Shown in pieces: positions 46,082 through 55,051 of a stretch of 64,000 nucleotides of DNA. Position 1 is the stretch's first letter. Every line of letters starts with the position of its first letter. Source of the stretch: Actinomycetes bacterium (GTDB lineage: Bacteria > Actinomycetota > Acidimicrobiia > Spongiisociales > JAHEDJ01); the NCBI GenBank assembly GCA_024641245.1, contig JAHEDK010000004.1, forward strand, positions 6,584 through 70,583, read 5' to 3'. The notes under the pieces were generated by a model. It searched no databases, was not told the DNA's origin, and saw nothing but the letters and a program-made list of their open reading frames with translations. The translations under genes were made by a program, and so were the position numbers.

Positions 46082-48040
46082 TCAGAGCCGGCGGAGAAAG
46101 GACAAGACGTCCTCTCGGTCGGCAGTGATGGGCATCGGAGGCAGTGACCCGAGCACCACCCTTCCGTATCGCATCTTCGCCAGCCGCGCATCGAGGATGG
46201 CCACCACTCCCCGATCGTATGTTGTCCTGATCAACCGGCCGACTCCCTGGGCTAGCAACATCGTCGCTCGCGGGAGGTCGACGGTTTGGAAGGCCGATCG
46301 ACCCTGCGCCTCGGCAAGTTCCCGTCGCGCCACCCACAAAGGATCATCGGGCCGTGGGAACGGCAGACGGTCGATGACGACTAGTTCGAGGGCCCGGCCC
46401 GGGATATCGAGTCCCTCCCAGAAACCCATCGTGGCGACGAGGACCGAAGTCTCCTCCCGCTCGAATCGCTCAACGAGACGGCGTTTCGGAAGGTCCCCCT
46501 GGGCCAGCACCTCGAGGTCGGTACTTTCGCGCAATCGTTCAGCCGCCAGCTCGAGCATGCGGTAGCTGGTCGTCAAGACCAGGGCTCTCCCACCGGCCGC
46601 GCGCACGAGCGCAACGATCTCCCCGGCGGCGGCGTCTCGCCAGCCGGGTTGCCGGGGATCGGGCAAGCCAGCGGCAACGTAAATGCGACCCTGTGTCTCG
46701 TAGTCGAAAGGACTCCCCACCGCCAGCATGCGGGCGCCCAGCGGAACATCGTCGGGGTCCGCCTCGAATCCCAACCGAAGGGCAAACGGGAGGAGAGACC
46801 CTCCCACGGACAGCGTGGCACTGGTCAGGACGGCCGGGCGAACTGAGAGAAGCCGTTCCGCCATCAGCGGCCCGACATCGATCGGAGCGACCTTGAAGCG
46901 TTTTCTCTGGCCGTCGGTTTCAACCCAGGACACGTGGGATTCGGGTGGGTCGAGGCCCATGGCGAGATCACCGGCCAGGTGGCCGCCTAGTCTCATCGCC
47001 CTGGCACGCGCGCCACGCAGACCGGAAGTGGCAGGCTCCGCAGCCCGAATCCGACCGTTGATCTGCGCAACGACCGCCGCCGTCGATGTGAACTCACCGC
47101 CGACGTTCGAGTTCTGAGGATCCGGCATATGTCCCGCCGCCGCGCCGTCAAGTTCGGTTTCCAATGCCCTGGCACGATCCCGCAACGGGTCGAGCAGCCG
47201 GCGGGCGTCTTCCGGCGGCATGATCCGTCTCGCAAACGACGACACCGTCCGATGGAATTGCCAGATCCGCCCAGGGGTCAGTTCGATGCCAAGTGCAGAA
47301 GACATCGTGTCCTCGAGCCGGTGCGCCTCGTCGAATATCACAAAGTCGTGCTCCGGAAGAACACCACCATCGAGCGCCATGTCCGCCCCGTAGAGATGGT
47401 GATTGACTACGACGACATCGGCAGTGGCTGCGCGATCGAACGCAGCCATCGCAAAGCAGTCGGCCCCCTGCGGGCAATCGTCTTTGCCCGGACATTCCAT
47501 CCCCGAGACAGAGAACTCCGACCAGGTTTCGTCTGGGACCGTGACGGGGAGGTCATCACGATCGCCGGTCTCGTGCACCCCGGCCCACTCGATCAGAGTG
47601 GCGATCAAGTCGGGCTCACGGTTTCCGTCAACGAAGAGATCGCCCTGTTCGGATCCCTCACCCAATTCCTCGAGTTTGGACAGGCACAGGTAGTTCTGGC
47701 GACCTTTGATCACCGCCCAGGAGAAACGCACGCCGAGGGGCTTGAGTGACTCAGCCAGAAACGGCAGATCACGACCGGCGAGCTGATCCTGGAGGCTCTT
47801 CGTGGCGGTCGAGACCACAACCTTCTTCGCGGAGGCGACGGCGGGAATGAGATAGCCGAAGGACTTGCCCGTTCCGGGACCCGCTTCGCACAACACATGG
47901 GCGCCGGTTTCCATCGCCTCGGCGATAGCGCGCACCATCTCCACCTGACCCGCCCGGCGCGCTCCACCCACCTTGGCATCGATCACCGCATCGAGCAGCG
48001 CCTCGGCACGGTCGGCAGGATCACTCGGGAGGGCGGGCAT
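46082..48040 (-). CDS. dinG: DinG/XPD-like ATP-dependent DNA helicase with Fe-S cluster
   Basis: AGPGTGKS, FDEAHRLED, four Cys (C...CPGKDDCPQGADC), and a C-terminal helicase domain. ATG at 48040 chosen. The ORF-track GTG at 48103 lies only 17 nt from the divergent pfk start. Confidence 0.85.
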   Translation of the reverse strand: MPALPSDPADRAEALLDAVIDAKVGGARRAGQVEMVRAIAEAMETGAHVLCEAGPGTGKSFGYLIPAVASAKKVVVSTATKSLQDQLAGRDLPFLAESLKPLGVRFSWAVIKGRQNYLCLSKLEELGEGSEQGDLFVDGNREPDLIATLIEWAGVHETGDRDDLPVTVPDETWSEFSVSGMECPGKDDCPQGADCFAMAAFDRAATADVVVVNHHLYGADMALDGGVLPEHDFVIFDEAHRLEDTMSSALGIELTPGRIWQFHRTVSSFARRIMPPEDARRLLDPLRDRARALETELDGAAAGHMPDPQNSNVGGEFTSTAAVVAQINGRIRAAEPATSGLRGARARAMRLGGHLAGDLAMGLDPPESHVSWVETDGQRKRFKVAPIDVGPLMAERLLSVRPAVLTSATLSVGGSLLPFALRLGFEADPDDVPLGARMLAVGSPFDYETQGRIYVAAGLPDPRQPGWRDAAAGEIVALVRAAGGRALVLTTSYRMLELAAERLRESTDLEVLAQGDLPKRRLVERFEREETSVLVATMGFWEGLDIPGRALELVVIDRLPFPRPDDPLWVARRELAEAQGRSAFQTVDLPRATMLLAQGVGRLIRTTYDRGVVAILDARLAKMRYGRVVLGSLPPMPITADREDVLSFLRRL

Positions 48041-48120
48041 TCTCGGGATAGTAGGCCCGTTGATCGACCCAACTGGGCACGGCGGGTATCGTTCGCTGCT
48101 CACGAACAGGACTCGACCCT

Positions 48121-49236
48121 ATGAACATCGGCATACTCACCGCAGGCGGCGACTCACCCGGCCTCAATGCCGCCATCCGCGGCATCGGCAAAGCCGCCAT
48201 CCGTTCGCACGGTATGTCGGTCATCGGTTTTCGAGACGGATTCCGGGGCCTGATGCAAAACCGCCATCTTCGTCTTGATTCCGACGCCATGTCCGGCATC
48301 TTGATCGCGGGCGGGACGATTCTCGGGACGAGCCGGGACAAGCCCTCGCGCATGAACGTCGGCGGAGTTGAGATGGACATGACCGGGATCATGATCGAAA
48401 CCTACGAGGCACACCATCTCGACGCCGTCGTCTGCCTCGGCGGCGGCGGCACTCAGAAGAACGCCCTCCATCTCGCCGAGGCCGGGATGAAGGTCGTCAC
48501 CCTCCCCAAGACGATCGACAACGATGTGGCGGGGACGGACATCACCTTTGGCTTCGCCACCGCCATGGACATTGCCACAGAGGCAATCGATCGCCTCCAT
48601 TCAACCGCCCACTCCCATCACCGAATCATCGTCGTGGAGGTGATGGGCCACAACGCGGGATGGCTGGCACTCGGATCCGGCCTGGCGGGCGGCGCCGACG
48701 TGATCCTCATCCCCGAACTCCCTTTTCACATCGACGCAGTTGCCGAATCGATCCTCGCCAGACAGGCGGCGGGCAGCCCGTTCAGCATCGTCACGGTCTC
48801 CGAGGGAGCAATGTCGGTCGAGCACGCCGAAGAGAGGACACGACTCAAAGAGATCAAGCGGACATCGGATTCCGAAGAAGATCGAGACGCGGCCGTACTG
48901 CGCCTCACCGAACTCAAGGCGGAGCGAGCAGACGCCACCCATCTCCTGTCGCGCCAGCTCGAAGAGCGCACCCGTCTCGAATCGAGGGTGACGATCCTCG
49001 GTCATGTCCAGCGAGGCGGCATCCCATCACCGCTCGACCGACTCCTCGCCACCCGGCTCGGTACGGCAACCGCAGACTTCATCGCCGACGGGCGGCACGG
49101 AATCATGGTGGCATCGCGCGGCGAAGAAGCCGTGCCGGTCCCGCTCGAGGAGGTAGCCGGACATCGCCGGACGGTTCCACTGGACCATCCGTGGATCAAG
49201 ACGGCGCGGACGCTCGGGGTCTCGCTGGGGGACTAA
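48121..49236 (+). CDS. pfkA: 6-phosphofructokinase (phosphoryl donor not determined)
   Basis: Contains [26 protein letters not shown] and MGHNAGW. Confidence 0.9.
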   Translation: MNIGILTAGGDSPGLNAAIRGIGKAAIRSHGMSVIGFRDGFRGLMQNRHLRLDSDAMSGILIAGGTILGTSRDKPSRMNVGGVEMDMTGIMIETYEAHHLDAVVCLGGGGTQKNALHLAEAGMKVVTLPKTIDNDVAGTDITFGFATAMDIATEAIDRLHSTAHSHHRIIVVEVMGHNAGWLALGSGLAGGADVILIPELPFHIDAVAESILARQAAGSPFSIVTVSEGAMSVEHAEERTRLKEIKRTSDSEEDRDAAVLRLTELKAERADATHLLSRQLEERTRLESRVTILGHVQRGGIPSPLDRLLATRLGTATADFIADGRHGIMVASRGEEAVPVPLEEVAGHRRTVPLDHPWIKTARTLGVSLGD

Positions 49237-49292
49237 CGGGGCCGTCCGTTCTGACGCGAGGTTCTGAGTAGTCGGGTCCCCACCGACCCACC

Positions 49293-49553
49293 TCAGCCTC
49301 CTGGATACACCTGCACCCGGAGTCGAGCGAGATCATCATCTGACACGCTCGTTTGTTTCGGCGGCCGAGCTAGGCCCTGCGGACGGTTGTCCCAGCCCTC
49401 CCTAGCATCTGCCGCAGCGAGGCGGGCGATGTCGAGAGCAATACGGGCACGGGCTAGTTCAACGACGGATCCGGGGTCGCGGGGAGCGTCCTGATAGACG
49501 ACCCACCTTCCGACGAGGTTTGAGAAGGAATTGACGAATCTGCGGCGTTCCAT
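49293..49553 (-). CDS. hypothetical 86-aa ORF ending in Gly-Gly
   Basis: It is the only ORF in a 400-nt gap. There is no SD and no recognised family. The C-terminus is ...LRVQVYPGG. Confidence 0.25.
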   Translation of the reverse strand: MERRRFVNSFSNLVGRWVVYQDAPRDPGSVVELARARIALDIARLAAADAREGWDNRPQGLARPPKQTSVSDDDLARLRVQVYPGG

Positions 49554-49638
49554 GCCTGCAGCGTATCCGGCCGGCGATGACCGGACTAGCCCAATCAGCC
49601 CAAAGCTGTGGGCATTCCGGCACTAGCCTTTCTCGTCC

Positions 49639-50328
49639 ATGAGTAAGAATCTGAGCTACCGGCGCGGCGTGAGAGAGGTCATGCCGATCCTCCTCGGGGT
49701 GATTCCGTTCGGTTTGATTGCCGGCATCTCGTCGATCGAAGCGGGCCTCGATGTCTCGCAGGCGATCGGCCTCTCAATCTTGGTATTCGCAGGTGCGTCA
49801 CAGTTGGCTGCTATCGCCCTCATCGGCGAGAACGCCGCTCTTGCCGTCATCGTCCTCACCCCCCTGGTCATCAACGCCCGGTTCCTCATGTACAGCGCTT
49901 CGCTGGCTTCTCACTTTTCCGGCCTGCCGGTGTCCAGGCGGATCGCCGCCTCCTATCTCCTCACCGACCAGGCATACGCCTTCTCCATCATCCGGTACCG
50001 GGACGAAACCTGGGACCTCCGATCACGCCTCAGCTACTACCTGGGAATCGCCACGACACTCTGGATTGTCTGGCAACTCTCCACCGCGGCGGGTGCAATT
50101 CTGGGAGCCGGGGTGCCCGACGAGTGGTCACTCGACTTCGCGGTCCCCCTTGTGTTCCTTGCCCTCCTCGTACCGGCAATCCGTGACCGCGCCGACGGAA
50201 TGGCAGCCGGTGTGGCCGGAGCCCTGGTGATCATCGCCGCCGGGCTGCCTTACAACCTCGCCTTGCCTCTGGCGGCAGCAGCAGGCATCGCCGCCGGGGT
50301 TGCGCTCGAACGCAGGGCCCGGGCGTGA
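49639..50328 (+). CDS. azlC: branched-chain amino acid exporter AzlC
   Basis: Polytopic AzlC-like protein (FGLIAG, VFAGASQ). Confidence 0.85.
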   Translation: MSKNLSYRRGVREVMPILLGVIPFGLIAGISSIEAGLDVSQAIGLSILVFAGASQLAAIALIGENAALAVIVLTPLVINARFLMYSASLASHFSGLPVSRRIAASYLLTDQAYAFSIIRYRDETWDLRSRLSYYLGIATTLWIVWQLSTAAGAILGAGVPDEWSLDFAVPLVFLALLVPAIRDRADGMAAGVAGALVIIAAGLPYNLALPLAAAAGIAAGVALERRARA

Positions 50329-50663
50329 CGCACTACTCCACCGTGACGCTCTGGCTCGTCATCCTGGTGATCGGCATCGGGACGTTTGCCCTCCGGTTCT
50401 CGCTCATCGCGCTATCTGATCGAGCCGATCGACTACCCGAGTCCGTGCAACGCGCACTGCGTTTCATTCCACCGGCAGCATTCGCGGCCATCGCCGCCCC
50501 TGCGTTCCTCGTTCAAGCGGGATCTATCGATGTCACGTTCGGGAACCTGAGACTGATTGCCGGCCTGATCGCCGCGGCCGTCGCCTGGAAGACGAAGAGC
50601 GTGCTGTGGACCATCTTGTCCGGCATGATCGTTCTGTGGCTGCTGCAAGCCGTCGCCGGCTAG
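50325..50663 (+). CDS. azlD: branched-chain amino acid exporter small subunit AzlD
   Basis: 112 aa, 4-TM. Overlaps the azlC stop by 4 nt. Contains GTFALRFS. Confidence 0.8.
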   Translation: MTHYSTVTLWLVILVIGIGTFALRFSLIALSDRADRLPESVQRALRFIPPAAFAAIAAPAFLVQAGSIDVTFGNLRLIAGLIAAAVAWKTKSVLWTILSGMIVLWLLQAVAG

Positions 50664-50667
50664 AACG

Positions 50668-50699
50668 GAAGTTGGACCTCCCGGAGGAGGTCCAACTTC
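50668..50699. terminator. perfect 14-bp hairpin between convergent transcription units
   Basis: GAAGTTGGACCTCC-CGGA-GGAGGTCCAACTTC lies 5 nt after the azlD stop and 2 nt from the minus-strand sORF stop. Confidence 0.65.
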
Positions 50700-50700
50700 G

Positions 50701-50847
50701 TTAGTCGGGTCGCGACCGCGACGGCCTCCGGCGCGGCTTGGTTGGTGGTCGTGGAGCGGTCCGTCGCGGTGGCCGGGGATTAGGTCTGGCATTGGCCTGA
50801 CGCTCCCGGGCGATCGCTCGAACGGCGCGCACGTCATAGTGGTACAT
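50701..50847 (-). CDS. candidate 48-aa Arg/Pro-rich sORF
   Basis: MYHYDVRAVRAIARERQANARPNPRPPRRTAPRPPTKPRRRPSRSRPD. GGAAAGGA lies 5 nt upstream. It ends at the strong hairpin. The composition could equally be a GC-rich frame artefact. Confidence 0.25.
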   Translation of the reverse strand: MYHYDVRAVRAIARERQANARPNPRPPRRTAPRPPTKPRRRPSRSRPD

Positions 50848-50936
50848 GACGGTCCTTTCCGCATAGGTTCGGTGAATGGCACAACGAGTGCCCGGAAAGC
50901 GGGCAGGTGCCGGGCAACTCCGGATCGGCGTCCGGG

Positions 50937-51008
50937 TCAGACGGCGAGAAGGTCGCTCGTCGATCCGGCGTACGCCGGGGTGCCGGAGAACATCGAGATT
51001 CGGATCAT
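50937..51008 (-). CDS. candidate 23-aa sORF with perfect 10-nt Shine-Dalgarno
   Basis: AAAGGAGGTG-CCGAC-ATG. The peptide is MIRISMFSGTPAYAGSTSDLLAV. It lies 89 nt upstream of the 48-aa sORF. Confidence 0.35.
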   Translation of the reverse strand: MIRISMFSGTPAYAGSTSDLLAV

Positions 51009-51207
51009 GTCGGCACCTCCTTTCGAGAGCGGTCGCAGACAACATATCGCATCGGAAAGATCAACGCGGGGGAATATCGAGCCATGAGCCGCCGGCAATG
51101 GGCCACGTGCCGTGGATCGCAATGGCGATGGGCTCCGAATCTTCCGGGCGAAGGCCCGCGCAAGCCCAAAGCCCGAGGCTCCAACACTCGAGGCTACGAT
51201 CAAGGCG

Positions 51208-51978
51208 ATGGAGCAATCGCGTCCCCTGTGGCTTCGTTGCATCGACTGGGCCACCACTATTCCGATGGTGATCGCGTTCGGAACGACCCTGGTCCTCGGC
51301 GACATCTGCGCTCGTATCGCCCGTCTCTTCAGTCTCCGGGCAATGGAGATTACGGTCGGCGCAGCCCAGCGCGTCCTGATCTGGACGTTCCGCATCTCGG
51401 GCGTACGGCTGACCGTAGAACGGGACCCGGCAGTGCTCGCCAAGCGCGGCTACATCTTCCTCTCGAACCACCAGAGCCTGTTCGATGTACCTATCTTCGG
51501 CGGATTGCTGTTCTCGAACTACCCGAAGTACGTCGCAAAGGTGGAACTCGCCAAATGGATCCCGCTGATCTCGTTCAATCTCAAACGAGGCGGCAACGTG
51601 ATCATCGATCGTGGGAACCGGATCGATTCGGTCCGCGCCATCGCCGCCTTTGCGGCCACCTGCCAGCAACGCGACGTTTCCGCGGTGATATTCCCGGAGG
51701 GAACCAGGTCGCGCGACGGCACACTCCAGGACTTCCGAAAAGCCGGCGCGGCGGTCTTGCTCGATGCGGCACCCGACCTACCCGTCGTGCCGACCACGAT
51801 CGACGGATCCTGGGGACTGTTGATCAACAAGATGTTCCCGATCCCGTTCGGAACAAAGGTGCGGGTGCGATTCGGCGTTCCGATCGAACGACTGCCGGAC
51901 GACGCCGGCACCGTCATGAAAGAAGCTCATTTCGAGATTTCGCGGACACTTGATGAATGGAGAGCAGACCCCCGCTGA
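51208..51978 (+). CDS. plsC: 1-acyl-sn-glycerol-3-phosphate acyltransferase
   Basis: NHQSLFD (HX4D) and FPEGTRSRDG. Start set at MEQSRPLWL, ahead of the N-terminal TM segment. Confidence 0.85.
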   Translation: MEQSRPLWLRCIDWATTIPMVIAFGTTLVLGDICARIARLFSLRAMEITVGAAQRVLIWTFRISGVRLTVERDPAVLAKRGYIFLSNHQSLFDVPIFGGLLFSNYPKYVAKVELAKWIPLISFNLKRGGNVIIDRGNRIDSVRAIAAFAATCQQRDVSAVIFPEGTRSRDGTLQDFRKAGAAVLLDAAPDLPVVPTTIDGSWGLLINKMFPIPFGTKVRVRFGVPIERLPDDAGTVMKEAHFEISRTLDEWRADPR

Positions 51979-52030
51979 CCGCGACCAAACCCCGAAAGGA
52001 GGAGGCCGGCCATAGTAGGGTTGGCAGGTC

Positions 52031-52588
52031 ATGGGAGGGGCGTTGGGGTCCAGGGTCAACATCATTGGAACGCGATTCACAGCCATGTTTCTGCTTGGTC
52101 TCGCCGCACTCAACATTCAGGATCCGGCCGGAGCCGACGATTGTGTGTCGAGCAACACATTCCTCCTGGCCGATGGACGCGTGGCCGAAGTAGCCACAAC
52201 GGGTTCGGCACCCATCGCCATCGAGATGAGCGGCTCATCCGAATACCGATACCAGCTGACAGAGACCACCTGGACGGTGACGATGCTGCAACTCGTCTTT
52301 GCCGAAACATCGACCGACGGCATCGATATCGGAGGTGGCCGCGTCATCCTCAGTCCACCTCCGACCGGCACGTTCGAGGCGAACGTCGTGAAAGCAGTGT
52401 TCTGCCTCGCCCGCTCGGGAGAGGCCATGGAGACCGCCGGGCCGATTGAGATTCTCCCCTTCACCGGAGCACAGATGCCCTACGGACCGGCGATAGTGGC
52501 CGCCCTATGTCTCATCATCGGAGGTGGCACAATCGCGATCCTCGGCCGGAGTCACCGGGCCGGTAAAAGCTGGTCGATGACCGGCTAG
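52031..52588 (+). CDS. small LPXTG-type surface protein (185 aa)
   Basis: N-terminal signal-like FTAMFLLGLAALNIQDPAGA. C-terminal LPFTGAQ + TM (AIVAALCLIIGGGTIAIL) + GRSHRAGK. The LPFTG pentapeptide is the same as in the three giant proteins. Confidence 0.65.
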   Translation: MGGALGSRVNIIGTRFTAMFLLGLAALNIQDPAGADDCVSSNTFLLADGRVAEVATTGSAPIAIEMSGSSEYRYQLTETTWTVTMLQLVFAETSTDGIDIGGGRVILSPPPTGTFEANVVKAVFCLARSGEAMETAGPIEILPFTGAQMPYGPAIVAALCLIIGGGTIAILGRSHRAGKSWSMTG

Positions 52589-52852
52589 CATCCCCGCCTC
52601 GTCTTGCTCCGAAATGAGCTTCTCAGAGCGGATCTCCTCGATCACGTGCTTGATCTCGGGTTCGAGCATTGCTGCCACCTCCATGGCTGCCATGCCGCCG
52701 GCGCCTCTTGGCATCCGTTTCGTCCGATAGAAGATCCACCCCCGATCCTCCATCCATACCGCAACACGGTGCAGTCCATGGACAGTGCAGGCGGCACCGA
52801 CCACGACCATCGAGACGACCAGCGGGGATTCCATTGTTTCATGCTCCCACAT
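52505..52852 (-). CDS. hypothetical small membrane protein (DUF6191-like by eye)
   Basis: Reads MWEHETMESPLVVSMVVVGAACTVHGL..WMEDRGWIFYRTKRMPRGAG...EPEIKHVIEEIRSEKLISEQDEAG. The N-terminal part of the track ORF overlaps ssrA, so the start was moved to 52852 (or 52834). The 3-prime end overlaps the convergent LPFTG gene by 84 nt. Confidence 0.4.
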   Translation of the reverse strand: MWEHETMESPLVVSMVVVGAACTVHGLHRVAVWMEDRGWIFYRTKRMPRGAGGMAAMEVAAMLEPEIKHVIEEIRSEKLISEQDEAGMLAGHRPAFTGPVTPAEDRDCATSDDET

Positions 52853-52910
52853 GAAGAACACGAAGGGTCCCGGTATCGCTACCGGGACCCTTCGCATTAG
52901 GTCGGTTTCT

Positions 52911-53267
52911 GGTGGAGGTGCGGGGAGTCGAACCCCGGTCCGCTGAATCATCGGCGCCGGCATCTCCGAGCGCAGCCTTCAGCAAGCATTCGAAACAGTG
53001 GGACTCTGATGGCTAGTTTCCCTCTGCCCTATCCGGAGTTGGTCTTAGCCCCTCAGTCCCGGAATCCCTCGGGGAGCATCCTGTATTGCGACGCCTGGAT
53101 CCGGCGGGACAGGAACCCTCCGGGCAGACGAGCTGCGTTTAGTTACGCAGCCAGGGCGAAGTTATCTTCGGCACCTATTGGTGTTTCCCGGCTCTTTAAC
53201 GAGGACTCCGGGGACCTCGGCTCGCTTCCGGCGCCTCAACATTCAACGTCGAAACCGTTTCACCCCC
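52911..53267 (-). ncRNA. ssrA: tmRNA (SsrA)
   Basis: The 5-prime end is GGGGGUGAAACGGUUUCGACG and the 3-prime end is GGUUCGACUCCCCGCACCUCCACCA. The internal tag frame GCC GAA GAU AAC UUC GCC CUG GCU GCG UAA encodes AEDNFALAA. It lies directly downstream of smpB. Confidence 0.9.
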
Positions 53268-53404
53268 AATTGGGTTGTCCACCGATAGAGATAACGATAA
53301 CGGGGCGCACGTATTCCACAAGACGGAGTTCCAGTTTCCGTGTTCTGAGTTCTGACCGTAGCGAGAGCCCGAAGGTGCGTGGTCGCCTCTCCTTTAGGAC
53401 TCCT

Positions 53405-53860
53405 TCACTGTCGCCCCCGATGGCGCAGAGCACGATCCATTTCTCGCTTCTGCTCTTTGGCCTTGAGCGACTGCCGCTTGTCGTACGCCCGCTTGCCGCG
53501 TCCCAGACCCAGCTCGGCTTTCGCCTTTCCATCCTTGAAGTAAATGCGGAGCGGGATCAGGGTGAGGCCCTTCTCGGCCAGCTTGGCGGACACCCTGTCG
53601 ATCTCGCGACGGTGCAACAAGAGCTTTCGATCACGTTCGGGTTCATGGCCGCCCAAGCGGGAGAATGCGTAGGGGGCTATATGGCACCCGACCAGCCACA
53701 ACTCACCTCCCCTGACCGTGACGTAGGAATCCTTCAGGTTCACTTGTCCGTCCCGCAGGCTCTTCACCTCAGAACCGACCAAAACGATCCCAGCCTCAAA
53801 GGTTTCGAGGATCTCGTGGTCGTGACGGGCACGCCGGTTGGTGGTTACGACCTTCATCAA
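53405..53860 (-). CDS. smpB: SsrA-binding protein
   Basis: Contains NRRARHDHEILETFEAGIVLVGSEVKSLR and a basic C-terminal tail. Confidence 0.95.
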   Translation of the reverse strand: MMKVVTTNRRARHDHEILETFEAGIVLVGSEVKSLRDGQVNLKDSYVTVRGGELWLVGCHIAPYAFSRLGGHEPERDRKLLLHRREIDRVSAKLAEKGLTLIPLRIYFKDGKAKAELGLGRGKRAYDKRQSLKAKEQKREMDRALRHRGRQ

Positions 53861-55050
53861 CCGCTGAGGTAGCCCATCGGGTTGACCGGAGTCCCGAACT
53901 CACGGGTCTCGAAGTGAAGATGGGGCCCCGTCGAATAGCCGGTCGATCCGACGTACCCGATCGTATCGCCTTCGCTCACGGACTGGCCGACGCTGACCGC
54001 CAGCGAACTCTGGTGGGCATAGAGAGTGGCCAACCCACCGCCGTGATCGATGACAACGGCGTTGCCGTAGCCTCCGTACCAGCTCGCCAGAATAACGACA
54101 CCATCGCCGGCGGCACCGATCGGGACGCCGCTGCCGACCGAAATGTCGATGCCGGTGTGGAGTTTGCGGGCACCCGAGATGGGATGAATCCGGTATCCAA
54201 ATCCTGAAGAAACCGATCCGCTCACCGGCCAGCGGAGGGCACCAACTTTCTCACCGCCGGTCGACTGCGCCGCCCGAATCGCCGCTTCCATCGCGGCCTG
54301 CTCTCGCTCGAGAGCGGTCAACTCTCCTTCAACCTCGTTTATGTCCGACTGGATCTCCGCCAGAAGGTCCTTGACCGAATCGAGTTCGACCGCTACCTCA
54401 GCCTCTTTCTCTTCCAGGAGCGAGCGGTCGGCCACGAGTGCAACCCGCTCCGTCTCGAGCGTCGCCAAAATGGTCTTCGTCCGCTCCTTGTTGGCCTCGA
54501 TCTGTGCCTGCTGCAACTCCTCCTGATGCTCGAGGACCTCCAGACGGCGGATCAGCGCCTCCGAGTCCTCGATCACCTGGCCCGCGTACTCGAGACCGAC
54601 GGTGACATCGGCCATCTCATTCACGGCCAACAAGACACCGCCGACGTTCATCGATCGAGACATGTAGAGATCCACCGCTCGCTCCTGCACGACTTCTCTT
54701 GTCTGGCGGGTCTCGAGCTGAGTTCTGGCGATCTGTGCCTCGAGATTCGACAACGAGATCTCGAGATCGGCGAGTTCGGATTCCTGATTGGCGATATCGA
54801 GTTCTTTGGCATCAACCCGGGCCTGGACCTCGGCGATCTGCCCCTGCAGTTCGGAGAGCCTTGCCGCAACGGCAGCGACAGCCGCGGCACGCTGGTCCTT
54901 GATCTCCTTCTGCGCCTTGATCTGCTGATTGAGCTGATCGATCTCCTTCTCGATCTCGGTCAGCTTCTGCTCGTTCGATTGCGCGCCGACGGGCACCGCC
55001 AGGGCCAGCATCAGGAGCATCGCAACCGGGATCATCCAGCGTCGCATCAC
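53857..55050 (-). CDS. secreted coiled-coil M23 peptidase (EnvC-like)
   Basis: Signal peptide, a coiled coil of about 230 aa, and an M23 domain (HTGIDI, GYGNAVVIDHGGG, STGPHLHFE). Sits directly after ftsEX. Confidence 0.85.
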   Translation of the reverse strand: MMRRWMIPVAMLLMLALAVPVGAQSNEQKLTEIEKEIDQLNQQIKAQKEIKDQRAAAVAAVAARLSELQGQIAEVQARVDAKELDIANQESELADLEISLSNLEAQIARTQLETRQTREVVQERAVDLYMSRSMNVGGVLLAVNEMADVTVGLEYAGQVIEDSEALIRRLEVLEHQEELQQAQIEANKERTKTILATLETERVALVADRSLLEEKEAEVAVELDSVKDLLAEIQSDINEVEGELTALEREQAAMEAAIRAAQSTGGEKVGALRWPVSGSVSSGFGYRIHPISGARKLHTGIDISVGSGVPIGAAGDGVVILASWYGGYGNAVVIDHGGGLATLYAHQSSLAVSVGQSVSEGDTIGYVGSTGYSTGPHLHFETREFGTPVNPMGYLSG

Positions 55051-55051
55051 A

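Noticed and set aside
51009-51207. Additional ORFs (50876-51271, 50907-51953, 50937-51443, 51061-51669) across the plsC promoter region.
   Set aside because: They are mutually overlapping, Arg-rich, and run through plsC in other frames. These are typical GC-rich artefacts. Only the 23-codon tail with the strong SD was kept as a candidate.
53009-53872. A 287-aa plus-strand ORF.
   Set aside because: It overlaps the tmRNA and lies antisense to smpB. It has no recognisable motifs.
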